A stretch of DNA of 30,092 bases from a virus. A model generated the notes under the pieces. It was not told the origin of the DNA and made no database searches. It worked only from the letters and a program-made list of their open reading frames with translations. The translations under genes were made by a program, and so were the position numbers. Position 1 is the first letter of the stretch, and every line of letters starts with the position of its first letter. This document shows positions 18,096-27,520 of this stretch, in pieces. Where the stretch lies: UHGV virus genome UHGV-0106597; one strand, written 5' to 3'.

Positions 18096-18950
18096 TCAGC
18101 AGTTCGTCATCAGGGCGTCACCGCCACCACCGGTGGCCTTGCTGCGGCGCTGCTGGGTCAGACTTTCGGTGTGGTCGAGACTGTTTTTCAGGCGGGTGAA
18201 TGCCTGGCTGGTTTCATCCGCCCTGTCAGTCACCTCCTGCTTAAGTGCGGAAAAGGCGGTTTCCATCTCAGCGAGTCGCTGCTCAGTGGCGCTCAGCTTT
18301 TCCTGCACATGTTCAGCAACAGCGGTCACCGCTTCATGCACATCATTCAGACGGGCGTCATCGCTGGCCTGTTTGCGGCCAAAAATGGATTTCACCTTTT
18401 CGGTCAGGGCGGTGAACACGGTTTCAGGCAGGTCTTCAAATTCCAGCTCAACAGGCGTTGCCACTGAAATCAGGTTTTCAGGGCTTAATTTAAAGCGGTT
18501 CAGGGGGTTGTGTTTTGCCGTGCGGCAGAATTCCAGGTATTCCGTGCCGAGGCTTGCCGGGTCATCGGTGACGGCCAGCCCCACCAGATAACACTTGCCG
18601 GTGTTGGCAAAGTTCGGCTGAATTTCCATTGAGGTATAGACCTTCTGCGCGGCCTTGTTCATCGCGATAAGGTCATCGGTCGGGGTGATTTTCGCAAACA
18701 GCGCCCATTTGCCTTTCAGCGCCGAATCGTCGTCAATCTTTTCGGCCTTCAGTTCGGCCACATCGCCATAACGTTTAAAAATACCGTCAGGCAGGATGCC
18801 GCGCAGATGTTCCAGGTTAATGCGGCAACCATAGACACGCGGGTCAAAGGTTTCGGCCATTTCCTGAATATCCTGCGCACTGATGACACGCCCGTCACAG
18901 GTGTCACCCTCAACGCCGATACGAAAGAATTTTGAGACTTTTTTTGCCAT
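18096..18950 (-). CDS. O: Capsid scaffolding protein O
   Basis: Product starting MAKKVSKFFRIGVEGDTCDGR...; ATG at 18950. Confidence 0.85.
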   Translation of the reverse strand: MAKKVSKFFRIGVEGDTCDGRVISAQDIQEMAETFDPRVYGCRINLEHLRGILPDGIFKRYGDVAELKAEKIDDDSALKGKWALFAKITPTDDLIAMNKAAQKVYTSMEIQPNFANTGKCYLVGLAVTDDPASLGTEYLEFCRTAKHNPLNRFKLSPENLISVATPVELEFEDLPETVFTALTEKVKSIFGRKQASDDARLNDVHEAVTAVAEHVQEKLSATEQRLAEMETAFSALKQEVTDRADETSQAFTRLKNSLDHTESLTQQRRSKATGGGGDALMTNC

Positions 18951-19123
18951 TGTCAGGAGTCCTGAATAGTGATTAGAGGAGTCACATGTCGGCATCAGTT
19001 TCCCGACGATGCGCATCCTCCGCCATCAGTCCCGGATGGCTTATCACTGACACAACAGCACCTTAGCGAATCGCGGGGCGCGACTCAGTAGCCTTGCCGT
19101 GTATTCATCACGGCGAGGTATTC
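18951..19123. promoter_or_regulatory. Divergent late promoter region between O and P (expected Ogr-dependent promoters)
   Basis: Inferred from gene arrangement only; I could not find a clean TGT-N12-ACA activator box. Confidence 0.35.
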
Positions 19124-20896
19124 ATGACCATCACCACAGACACCACTCTTTTACACGACCCGCGTCGTCAGGCGGCGCTGCTGTACTGGCAGGGATTTTC
19201 CGTGCCGCAGATTGCCGCCATGTTGCAGATGAAACGCCCGACGGTGCAGAGCTGGAAACAGCGCGACGGCTGGGACAGCGTTGCCCCCATCAGCCGTGTC
19301 GAAATGAGTCTGGAAGCGCGGCTGACCCAGCTCATCATCAAACCGCAGAAAACCGGCGGTGACTTCAAGGAAATTGACCTGCTCGGACGCCAGATTGAAC
19401 GACTGGCACGGGTCAACCGTTACAGTCAGACCGGCAACGAGGCAGACCTTAATCCGAACGTCGCTAACCGCAACAAAGGCGGGCGTCGCAAACCGAAAAA
19501 GAATTTTTTCAGTGACGAGGCCATCGAAAAGCTGGAGCAGATTTTCTTTGAGCAGTCTTTCGAGTATCAGTTGCACTGGTATCGCGCCGGGCTTGAGCAC
19601 CGCATCCGCGATATCCTGAAATCCCGCCAGATTGGCGCGACGTTTTATTTTTCCCGCGAGGCGCTGCTGCGCGCCCTGAAAACCGGTCATAACCAGATTT
19701 TTCTGTCGGCCAGTAAAACGCAGGCGTATGTGTTCCGCGAATACATCATCGCCTTTGCCCGTCTGGTTGACGTTGACCTGACCGGTGACCCGATTGTCCT
19801 GGGCAATAACGGCGCAAAACTGATTTTTCTCGGCACCAACTCCAACACCGCGCAGAGCCATAACGGCGACCTGTACGTCGATGAGATTTTCTGGATCCCG
19901 AATTTTCAGGTACTGCGTAAGGTGGCATCAGGTATGGCCTCACAGAGTCACCTGCGATCGACCTATTTCTCCACTCCGTCCACGCTGGCGCACGACGCCT
20001 ACCCGTTCTGGTCGGGTGAACTGTTCAACCGGGGACGCGCCAGCGCCGCCGAACGCGTGGAAATCGACGTCAGTCATAACGCCCTTGCCGGTGGGCTTCT
20101 CTGTGCAGACGGCCAGTGGCGGCAGATTGTCACCATTGAGGACGCCCTGAAAGGTGGCTGCACGCTGTTCGACATTGAACAGCTCAAACGCGAAAACAGC
20201 GCCGACGATTTTAAAAACCTGTTCATGTGTGAATTTGTTGACGACAAGGCGTCGGTGTTCCCGTTCGAGGAGTTGCAACGCTGCATGGTCGACACGCTGG
20301 AAGAATGGGAAGACTATGCACCCTTTGCCGCCAATCCGTTCGGCTCACGTCCGGTATGGATTGGTTACGACCCGTCACACCGTGGCGACAGCGCCGGATG
20401 CGTGGTGCTGGCACCGCCGGTGGTGGCCGGTGGCAAATTCAGAATACTTGAGCGTCACCAGTGGAAAGGCATGGACTTTGCCACTCAGGCTGAATCCATC
20501 CGCAAACTCACCGAAAAATATAACGTCGAATACATCGGTATTGATGCCACCGGCCTCGGTGTCGGCGTGTTCCAGCTCGTGCGCTCGTTCTATCCCGCCG
20601 CGCGCGACATCCGCTACACGCCGGAAATGAAAACCGCAATGGTGCTCAAGGCAAAAGACGTTATCCGCCGTGGCTGTCTGGAATATGACGTCAGCGCCAC
20701 CGACATCACCAGCTCGTTTATGGCTATCCGCAAGACCATGACCAGCAGCGGACGCAGCGCCACCTATGAGGCCAGCCGCAGCGAGGAAGCCAGCCACGCC
20801 GACCTCGCCTGGGCGACCATGCACGCCCTGTTAAATGAGCCACTCACCGCCGGTATCAGCACCCCGCTGACATCCACCATTCTGGAGTTTTACTGA
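19124..20896 (+). CDS. P: Terminase ATPase (large) subunit P
   Basis: Product starting MTITTDTTLLHDPRRQAALLYWQGFSVPQIAAMLQMKRPTVQSW...; GAGG ribosome-binding site upstream of ATG 19124. Confidence 0.9.
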   Translation: MTITTDTTLLHDPRRQAALLYWQGFSVPQIAAMLQMKRPTVQSWKQRDGWDSVAPISRVEMSLEARLTQLIIKPQKTGGDFKEIDLLGRQIERLARVNRYSQTGNEADLNPNVANRNKGGRRKPKKNFFSDEAIEKLEQIFFEQSFEYQLHWYRAGLEHRIRDILKSRQIGATFYFSREALLRALKTGHNQIFLSASKTQAYVFREYIIAFARLVDVDLTGDPIVLGNNGAKLIFLGTNSNTAQSHNGDLYVDEIFWIPNFQVLRKVASGMASQSHLRSTYFSTPSTLAHDAYPFWSGELFNRGRASAAERVEIDVSHNALAGGLLCADGQWRQIVTIEDALKGGCTLFDIEQLKRENSADDFKNLFMCEFVDDKASVFPFEELQRCMVDTLEEWEDYAPFAANPFGSRPVWIGYDPSHRGDSAGCVVLAPPVVAGGKFRILERHQWKGMDFATQAESIRKLTEKYNVEYIGIDATGLGVGVFQLVRSFYPAARDIRYTPEMKTAMVLKAKDVIRRGCLEYDVSATDITSSFMAIRKTMTSSGRSATYEASRSEEASHADLAWATMHALLNEPLTAGISTPLTSTILEFY

Positions 20897-21930
20897 TGAG
20901 CAAGAAAAAAGGGAAAACACCGCAACCTGCGGCAAAAAAAATGACCGCCAGCGCCCCGAAAATGGAGGCATTCACCTTTGGTGAGCCGGTGCCGGTACTC
21001 GACCGCCGTGACATTCTGGATTACGTCGAGTGCATCAGTAACGGCAGATGGTATGAGCCGCCGGTCAGCTTTACCGGTCTGGCAAAAAGCCTGCGTGCTG
21101 CCGTACATCACAGCTCACCGATTTACGTCAAACGTAATATTCTGGCCTCGACATTTATCCCGCATCCGTGGCTTTCCCAGCAGGATTTCAGCCGCTTTGT
21201 GCTGGATTTTCTGGTTTTCGGTAATGCGTTTCTGGAAAAGCGTTACAGCACCACCGGTAAGGTCATCAGACTGGAAACCTCACCGGCAAAATATACCCGC
21301 CGTGGCGTGGAGGAGGATGTTTACTGGTGGGTGCCGTCCTTCAACGAGCCGACACCTTTCGCGCCCGGCTCCGTGTTTCATCTGCTGGAGCCGGATATTA
21401 ATCAGGAACTGTACGGCCTGCCGGAATATCTCAGCGCCCTTAACTCTGCCTGGCTGAATGAGTCGGCCACGCTGTTCCGCCGCAAGTACTACGAAAACGG
21501 CGCACATGCCGGATACATCATGTACGTCACCGATGCCGTGCAGGATCGCAACGATATCGAAATGCTTCGCGAAAACATGGTGAAGTCGAAAGGCCGCAAC
21601 AACTTTAAAAATCTGTTTCTCTATGCACCACAGGGGAAAGCCGACGGCATTAAAATTATCCCGCTCAGTGAAGTCGCAACGAAGGACGATTTTTTTAATA
21701 TCAAAAAAGCCAGCGCCGCTGACCTGCTGGACGCGCACCGCATCCCCTTTCAGTTGATGGGCGGCAAGCCGGAGAACGTCGGGTCGCTGGGTGATATTGA
21801 GAAAGTGGCAAAGGTCTTTGTCCGCAATGAGCTTATCCCGTTACAGGACAGGATTCGGGAAATAAACGGCTGGCTCGGTCAGGAGGTCATCCGCTTTAAA
21901 AACTACTCACTGGACACTGACAACGGCTGA
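20896..21930 (+). CDS. Q: Portal protein Q
   Basis: 344-aa product, P2 gpQ-like, start overlaps P stop. Confidence 0.9.
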   Translation: MSKKKGKTPQPAAKKMTASAPKMEAFTFGEPVPVLDRRDILDYVECISNGRWYEPPVSFTGLAKSLRAAVHHSSPIYVKRNILASTFIPHPWLSQQDFSRFVLDFLVFGNAFLEKRYSTTGKVIRLETSPAKYTRRGVEEDVYWWVPSFNEPTPFAPGSVFHLLEPDINQELYGLPEYLSALNSAWLNESATLFRRKYYENGAHAGYIMYVTDAVQDRNDIEMLRENMVKSKGRNNFKNLFLYAPQGKADGIKIIPLSEVATKDDFFNIKKASAADLLDAHRIPFQLMGGKPENVGSLGDIEKVAKVFVRNELIPLQDRIREINGWLGQEVIRFKNYSLDTDNG

Positions 21931-21936
21931 ACATCG

Positions 21937-21958
21937 CCGCCTGCGGGCGGCTTTTTTA
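21937..21958 (+). terminator. Rho-independent terminator after Q
   Basis: gccgcc-tgcg-ggcggc followed by tttttt. Confidence 0.65.
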
Positions 21959-22099
21959 CACCCCGCCATCACGCCCTCACACGCTCATCACCGCACAAAA
22001 AATCCCGCAGACACACCAACGCCTCAACGGGCAGACTAAGCGCCGTCACGACGCGCTCAGACGCTGAAAAAATAAAATCAGCACCACCGCCAGCGCGCA

Positions 22100-22118
22100 G
22101 TGCTTTCCCCGCCTCGCC
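22100..22118. other. cos cohesive-end sequence (19 nt)
   Basis: GTGCTTTCCCCGCCTCGCC is the reverse complement of GGCGAGGCGGGGAAAGCAC, which I recall as the P2 cohesive end; lies about 170 bp beyond Q. Confidence 0.7.
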
Positions 22119-22281
22119 CGCCCGCTTCATGGAGCGCTTTTAATGCAGTTGCAATAACACATCAAAACATCGTCAATACAGGCGATTATAAACAATAAAA
22201 AACGATCGCTGCCGCATGCAAAATCATGCACTAAATGCATGTATTGAAGGGAAATTAGGAACGTGCTCGTTTGGGTCTAAA

Positions 22282-23178
22282 CTATGATTTCGACACAACT
22301 ATTTTCCCCAAATCAAAACTAAATTCGACATCCCCATTTACGATATTTTCATTTGTCACATGCTCATCAAAAAGGTCACTAACATCATACCCCGACTGAA
22401 ACACTGGGCTCATGATAGCCACGTCGGTGAATGGCTCTTTTTCATGTGTTATATAATATTGACCATAAACATTTGCAGATTTATCTGCATCATTAAGACT
22501 AAGGACTGTTTTTGCTTTGACTTCAGGCATCAGAGAAAAATCAATATTATTCAACAAACACAGTAAGATGCCTGCTATTGCTCTCCTGTTATTATCAAGC
22601 GGCATCAAGTCCACCCCTGGAATCTCCTTCCGAAGCAATATTTTCAGCTCATTAAATAAAGAGTCGAACTTAATTGCGTCAGAACAATTGAGTAACGACA
22701 AAGCTTCATTAATCATTCGCCCTTCATTGGAACCAATTTCTGGTGTTAACTTACAAACACCATCATTAACAATATACGATTTCTTGTTATTAAGCTTCTT
22801 CCTCGCTGTAATTACCTGCCCCCCCTTTAAGTTTAACTTCTCCTTTAAAAACTCATCACTGAACATTCTTAATTGCAGTCTGATTAATGTAGGTAAGTAT
22901 TTCGGGTATTCATTTAACTCTGGTTTAACAGCATGCTTATCGCGTCCAAATTTTAAACTTAATAACAAATGATTCCTCAGCATGATATCCTTTATCTCGC
23001 CTTGATCTCTCCGATGATTATGGGCAACAAAACTCCCAATTTCAAAAATACACTTGGGCGCACTCGGCAACTCACGGGCCGTAACAAAAAGAACATCAAT
23101 ATCACTATCAGTGAAACTCCCATCCTTTAATCTTCTCAACACTCTCTCTATTCTTGAGATTGCTTTACTTTTATTCAT
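22282..23178 (-). CDS. Hypothetical protein (298 aa) encoded in an AT-rich accessory island occupying the P2 old/tin slot; function unknown
   Basis: Long uninterrupted ORF with ATG start; roughly one-third GC by eye versus a GC-rich prophage backbone; no family recognised. Confidence 0.7.
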   Translation of the reverse strand: MNKSKAISRIERVLRRLKDGSFTDSDIDVLFVTARELPSAPKCIFEIGSFVAHNHRRDQGEIKDIMLRNHLLLSLKFGRDKHAVKPELNEYPKYLPTLIRLQLRMFSDEFLKEKLNLKGGQVITARKKLNNKKSYIVNDGVCKLTPEIGSNEGRMINEALSLLNCSDAIKFDSLFNELKILLRKEIPGVDLMPLDNNRRAIAGILLCLLNNIDFSLMPEVKAKTVLSLNDADKSANVYGQYYITHEKEPFTDVAIMSPVFQSGYDVSDLFDEHVTNENIVNGDVEFSFDLGKIVVSKS

Positions 23179-23504
23179 GACATTCTTTCAACCTTAATCA
23201 ATATTTAATTTAAATAAACCATTCTCATACGCCAACCATACCTGTGACACCTGACAAACCAAATAAAAACAAAGGTACAGCGGATATTGGTATGTACAGC
23301 TATATTACACATAAACTCATGTTAGTAACATAAGATCTTCTTGTGAATATTTGTAATTTATTAGTTCACCAACATTAATCTTTCCAACCGTTATAAATCC
23401 AATCATATGCTGATACTCAAATGATGGCCAACTACCACCTCTCGCTGTTCGTTGTTCCCTCCAGCAGCACTGGAAGCATGTTTCAGTACTGCTGGGGTTT
23501 TCTA

Positions 23505-23708
23505 TCAACAACGTGGTAGCAGTGCAATTTTAGACTGTTCTATATCGTTAAACCGCACGTAATTATCCCGGACTATTTCGGCACACCCGACCAACTCGTC
23601 GGGCGTCAGATTTTCGTTGACCATAATCTGCTGTAGACGGTGAACAATAGCCATCAGCTTGATATTTTTAGTGTTATGTTGCGGTATCTCGCCTGGTATT
23701 CTGTGCAT
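23505..23708 (-). CDS. Hypothetical small protein (67 aa)
   Basis: ATG at 23708..23706 overlaps the stop of the upstream gene (TAATG); no family recognised. Confidence 0.4.
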   Translation of the reverse strand: MHRIPGEIPQHNTKNIKLMAIVHRLQQIMVNENLTPDELVGCAEIVRDNYVRFNDIEQSKIALLPRC

Positions 23709-24163
23709 TATCCAAGCCACCCGTTTTGCTTTGCACGCTCAATCTGTTCATCTGAATAGTTCCATGCTCCATCCGTGGCAACCATTGCCCCGCCAGACAT
23801 CCCCGTCTCTGGTTCATACATAACAGCAAGGCCGAGCTGATGCATAATTTCATGATTAATTCTGAATACCAGACCACGCTCACTAAGTTCTTTCCAGTTC
23901 ACAATCTCATATGCGCCTGTATTAAGCAGCTCAATACTTAGCAAGACATAATCTTCCAGCCAGTCTGACAGGTCAGTAACATCTGTTATCCGGGCTTCAA
24001 CCTTTCGCCCCGTATACACACCCTGCCCCCATTCATGCAAAATCAACGTGTCTCCGCGCTCATAATTACGGTCATTTTTCCGAAACTCTGCGCGTTTCTT
24101 TCCTTCCAGCACAAGGTCGAAATATTTTGCGTGCAGCTTTACCTCGTGAATTTTTGCCATCAT
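23708..24163 (-). CDS. Hypothetical protein with N-terminal ASCH/PUA-like (DUF3850-like) domain and a C-terminal HExxH motif
   Basis: MMAKIHEVKLHAKYFDLVLEGKKRAEFRKNDRNYERGDTLILHEW fits the ASCH pattern; HEIMH at the C-terminus; start codons overlap the A stop (ATGATG). Confidence 0.55.
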   Translation of the reverse strand: MMAKIHEVKLHAKYFDLVLEGKKRAEFRKNDRNYERGDTLILHEWGQGVYTGRKVEARITDVTDLSDWLEDYVLLSIELLNTGAYEIVNWKELSERGLVFRINHEIMHQLGLAVMYEPETGMSGGAMVATDGAWNYSDEQIERAKQNGWLG

Positions 24164-26445
24164 GTCCACTCCATTACTGTTGAGAATCCCGGCCACTCAT
24201 CAGCGACCGGATATGTGAATTTTTTCCCGTCATAATTTACAGTCGCGCCACGCGCCAACGCCTCAAGCTCCCATCGCTGCGGCCTTATACCGTTCTGAGC
24301 AAGGTCAACGCGGATACGGGTAATTTGCATTCTTTCCGACCGGGTCAGTCTGGCCGATGGTGCAATTTCATGTGGTTTTAACGGGCTTCCGTTTCTTTGC
24401 TGACGATTTGGCGTTCTCAGGCCGTGTTTTAATGCGCCCCTGAGCGCCCTCACAACCTCCGGGTCATTCCATTCGATAACACCGTCATCAACCAGATTAA
24501 GCACTGCTGCGGCGTGCTCAGAAGGTGTGGGAGCCGGTAACGAAGTATCACAACCGGTGACCTTTCCACAGTTATTGACAGGACTCCGAGGCGCGGCGAT
24601 GCCGCTTTTTAAAGTCAAAGGCTCAACGACCGGAACTTTCGGCACAATGCGCCAGTCCGTCGTTCTGGTGATATGAATATGACGCGCGCCGAGATGCGGC
24701 GCGTAAATGCCGACCACTCTCTCGACTTCTTCCTCGTACTCGTTAACGTCATCCGACGGGCTACGGGCAACCCTGACAGTCTGACAATCGCGTGGGACAT
24801 TTGCCCCGCCCTGCGCGCTGATATACAACGCAAAATCACCACTGTCTGCGGCGGCGCGTGCAGCCTCGACGCGTTCGTCAAACTCATCAGCAATGCTGAC
24901 GCCGCGAGGCAATTTGCGTAGTTCACGGTAAGCCCCCATTGTCGGCAGACCAACCGTTTTAAATTGCGGGATACGCCACGTTGACGCCCATGCGGTAACA
25001 GCCGCTGCAGTGTCTTTCAGCGGTCTGCCGGTATCGTTATCGAGCTGCCCATCCAGTGCATAGCCGTCGATATTTTTTGAGATGTATTTCGCGATATACC
25101 CCGCAGCACCGCCCCGATTAAGATGTTTTGCCTGAAAACGGTTTCGCGCAGCTCCTCTTTCGTCGCCATCCTCTTTGAGCGCGTAGCGACGCATGATTTC
25201 GATAATCTGGTTACGCTGGCGTGGATTACAAAAAAGCATCATATGCCAGTGCGGCGTTCCGTCGTGGTGTGGCTCGACGACTCGCAAACCGTAGACCTGT
25301 AAATCATTATCCTTGAATGCCGTGCGCATCAGGCTCCAGATACGGCAGAGATAACGCTGCGCATCCTTTGGATTAAATGCCTCATCGTTCCAGCCGTGAT
25401 TTAGCTGGACGGTTTTACTTTCGCCTTTTCCAACCTGACGTGTCGGGTGATACTTTGACGGCGCGGTCAGCGTGATAAACATCCCCACATCACCTTCTGC
25501 GGCGGCGTAACGCTCAATACCGGCAATGGTGTTCATCAGCTCCATCCGGCGAATTTCAGGATTAGAAATACTGCCCATCACCTTACTGATAAGGTCGATG
25601 CGCTCGCCTGTTTCCCTGTTTTCGAGATCACACGATTTAAGAAATTCCAGATTTGCCTGGCGGCGTGCACGCACATCACGAATGGCATGTTTACTGGCAT
25701 AAGGAGAACGGTCTTTATTGACCTCCCCGACAGCAATCAGTAACGCCTCATGCCAGCGCATACGCTGGCCTTTAAGCTGACTAATCCACCACTCATCGTT
25801 AAACAGACGGGCAATGGCAGAATATGCCTGCCTCGTGGTCATCTGTCCTTTACGGTATTTTTTCCAGTAGAGAGGGGAAATATTGAAAGCACGTGCAGCG
25901 CCAGCAACATGACCATAGAGGTGAGCCTGCGCCTCATCCGTAAACAGCGATTCTTTTTCGCCATGCGCATCCACCCAGGCATCGCTGAGTTCCTCATACA
26001 TCATGAAAAGCTGCGATGAGATACGGGCGGCAAACTTTTTCAGCTCCTTGTCATTCATTCCCGGCAGGCGCGCATAGTGGTCACGCTCAGCCAGAAACAG
26101 CATCGACGCGTCGGTGTTCATTTCATGGCGCTGATTCACACGCTCAATGCGCGGCCATAAACGACGCTGAAAAGTGGATGTGAGGAAATAAAACCCGTGC
26201 ACCGGGCTTTTATTGCGCCGGATGTAGTCATAGCGTGACGTAAACAGCGAGCGCAAAAAGTAAGGCAGGCGGTTAATCGTGGATAAAACACCTTGCACCT
26301 GACGCATCTCGTCACGTGTAAGGGGTCTTTCGCGCCCGACAGCCTCGCGTGGCGCGTTCCATGCATAAGCACCGGTAAACGCCTTACCGGTGCCTGCAGC
26401 AAATGCTGACGGAGGGACAAAACGCCCGGAGGCTTTAACGGCCAT
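24160..26445 (-). CDS. A: Replication initiation protein A (rolling-circle endonuclease)
   Basis: About 760-aa product with HUH-like GTPHWHMM and tyrosine-containing GYIAKYISKNIDGY motifs; ATG at 26445 preferred over the TTG at 26487. Confidence 0.85.
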   Translation of the reverse strand: MAVKASGRFVPPSAFAAGTGKAFTGAYAWNAPREAVGRERPLTRDEMRQVQGVLSTINRLPYFLRSLFTSRYDYIRRNKSPVHGFYFLTSTFQRRLWPRIERVNQRHEMNTDASMLFLAERDHYARLPGMNDKELKKFAARISSQLFMMYEELSDAWVDAHGEKESLFTDEAQAHLYGHVAGAARAFNISPLYWKKYRKGQMTTRQAYSAIARLFNDEWWISQLKGQRMRWHEALLIAVGEVNKDRSPYASKHAIRDVRARRQANLEFLKSCDLENRETGERIDLISKVMGSISNPEIRRMELMNTIAGIERYAAAEGDVGMFITLTAPSKYHPTRQVGKGESKTVQLNHGWNDEAFNPKDAQRYLCRIWSLMRTAFKDNDLQVYGLRVVEPHHDGTPHWHMMLFCNPRQRNQIIEIMRRYALKEDGDERGAARNRFQAKHLNRGGAAGYIAKYISKNIDGYALDGQLDNDTGRPLKDTAAAVTAWASTWRIPQFKTVGLPTMGAYRELRKLPRGVSIADEFDERVEAARAAADSGDFALYISAQGGANVPRDCQTVRVARSPSDDVNEYEEEVERVVGIYAPHLGARHIHITRTTDWRIVPKVPVVEPLTLKSGIAAPRSPVNNCGKVTGCDTSLPAPTPSEHAAAVLNLVDDGVIEWNDPEVVRALRGALKHGLRTPNRQQRNGSPLKPHEIAPSARLTRSERMQITRIRVDLAQNGIRPQRWELEALARGATVNYDGKKFTYPVADEWPGFSTVMEWT

Positions 26446-26710
26446 ATGAGCCAAAAGCCTCTGAACAACGCTTGCTGAGTTGCTCAACCTGCGCGTTTAA
26501 ATCAGCAAAAGACTTTGCGCTTCCGGTCAGAATATCGTGATGCATCAGGCCGGAAACGAGCTGGCTTAATTTCGGGTAATAACCAACCACCGCCAGCCAT
26601 TCCTGACCGGCGTTTTTACCGCTTTCCGCTCTCTTTTTCTCGTGGAGAATAAACTGGAAGCTGTCACTGGTAACGACATAACGTTCGCCAATTTCAATAC
26701 GAATACTCAT
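26435..26710 (-). CDS. Hypothetical early-operon protein (position of P2 orf83)
   Basis: 91 aa, assigned by position only. Confidence 0.5.
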   Translation of the reverse strand: MSIRIEIGERYVVTSDSFQFILHEKKRAESGKNAGQEWLAVVGYYPKLSQLVSGLMHHDILTGSAKSFADLNAQVEQLSKRCSEAFGSYGR

Positions 26711-26931
26711 GCCGTTCTCCGGTAATGTTTGTTTTTTGCTTCAAAGACTGACTGACAGGAAACACAACGCGTGGCTGACGGATAAGCCGCACGACGGGCA
26801 GCAGGTATTGGCGCGTCACACTCTTCGCAAACCAGCGCAGAAGCACCGCAATGTTTTACCCTTGCCGCGTTAATCTGGCGCTCCAGTAATTCAGCCTGTT
26901 GTTCCTGAATAAAATCTACGTTGTCCGGCAT
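26707..26931 (-). CDS. TraR/DksA-family C4 zinc-finger protein (position of P2 orf82)
   Basis: 74 aa with CxxC...CxxC (CEECDAPIP ... CVSCQ). Confidence 0.7.
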   Translation of the reverse strand: MPDNVDFIQEQQAELLERQINAARVKHCGASALVCEECDAPIPAARRAAYPSATRCVSCQSVFEAKNKHYRRTA

Positions 26932-26933
26932 TA

Positions 26934-27233
26934 TCAGCTCCTTTTATCGTTAAGTTTCCTGGATACATCAGCGCAATAACTGGCAAGTTCTGTCGTTAAT
27001 TTTGTCAGTTCATCCACTGAGGAAATTTGCTTGTGGAATACAGCGCGTTTAACAAGTAAATTGACCACATCAGACAGGAGGTTTAATTCATTCTGATAAA
27101 TCGCGATAACAGATTCAGTGATGTCGCGTTTTTCTTTATCAAGACAAAGTTGAATAAGAGACAAATCGCCATTTTTCATAACGGCGATTTTTAAGGCGTT
27201 ATTCAGTAATACAACTGAATGAGAACAGGACAT
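26934..27233 (-). CDS. Hypothetical early-operon protein (position of P2 orf81)
   Basis: 99 aa from ATG at 27233; assigned by position only. Confidence 0.5.
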   Translation of the reverse strand: MSCSHSVVLLNNALKIAVMKNGDLSLIQLCLDKEKRDITESVIAIYQNELNLLSDVVNLLVKRAVFHKQISSVDELTKLTTELASYCADVSRKLNDKRS

Positions 27234-27457
27234 CAAAGCACCTCCCCGCGAGACAATCCGATATTGTGAAATTTTTCCGACTCCTGACTGAGCAGCTCGA
27301 CTATCTCCACGCGGGATAACTCCGCCTTTGTGATATGGCGAATCATGGCGTCAAGATGAGAAGAAAAGCGCGTCGCAGCGTCGGCCTGTGCTTCGGTTCT
27401 GGCCTGTTGCAGCAGTAATGCGTATTTACCGCACTGATTTTCAGAAACTGTATGCAT
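27233..27457 (-). CDS. Hypothetical early-operon protein (position of P2 orf80)
   Basis: 74 aa; assigned by position only. Confidence 0.5.
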   Translation of the reverse strand: MHTVSENQCGKYALLLQQARTEAQADAATRFSSHLDAMIRHITKAELSRVEIVELLSQESEKFHNIGLSRGEVL

Positions 27458-27520
27458 GACTTTCTCCAGGCAAAAAGAAGCCCCGCACGATTAAGTGCGT
27501 TAAAAACTCTGGTTAATTAT

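Noticed and set aside
19151-19861. 236-aa minus-strand ORF inside terminase gene P (and a similar one at 20375..20824)
   Set aside because: Antisense to a confidently identified terminase gene.
21280-21738. 152-aa minus-strand ORF inside portal gene Q
   Set aside because: Antisense shadow ORF.
22517-22972. 151-aa plus-strand ORF inside the 298-aa cargo gene
   Set aside because: The longer minus-strand ORF with an ATG start is the more plausible gene; the antisense frame is Leu/Ser/Phe-rich as expected from AT-rich antisense sequence.
23317-23511. 64-aa minus-strand ORF in the spacer upstream of the cargo gene
   Set aside because: Short, no recognisable features and uncertain start; kept only as a possibility under the spacer finding.
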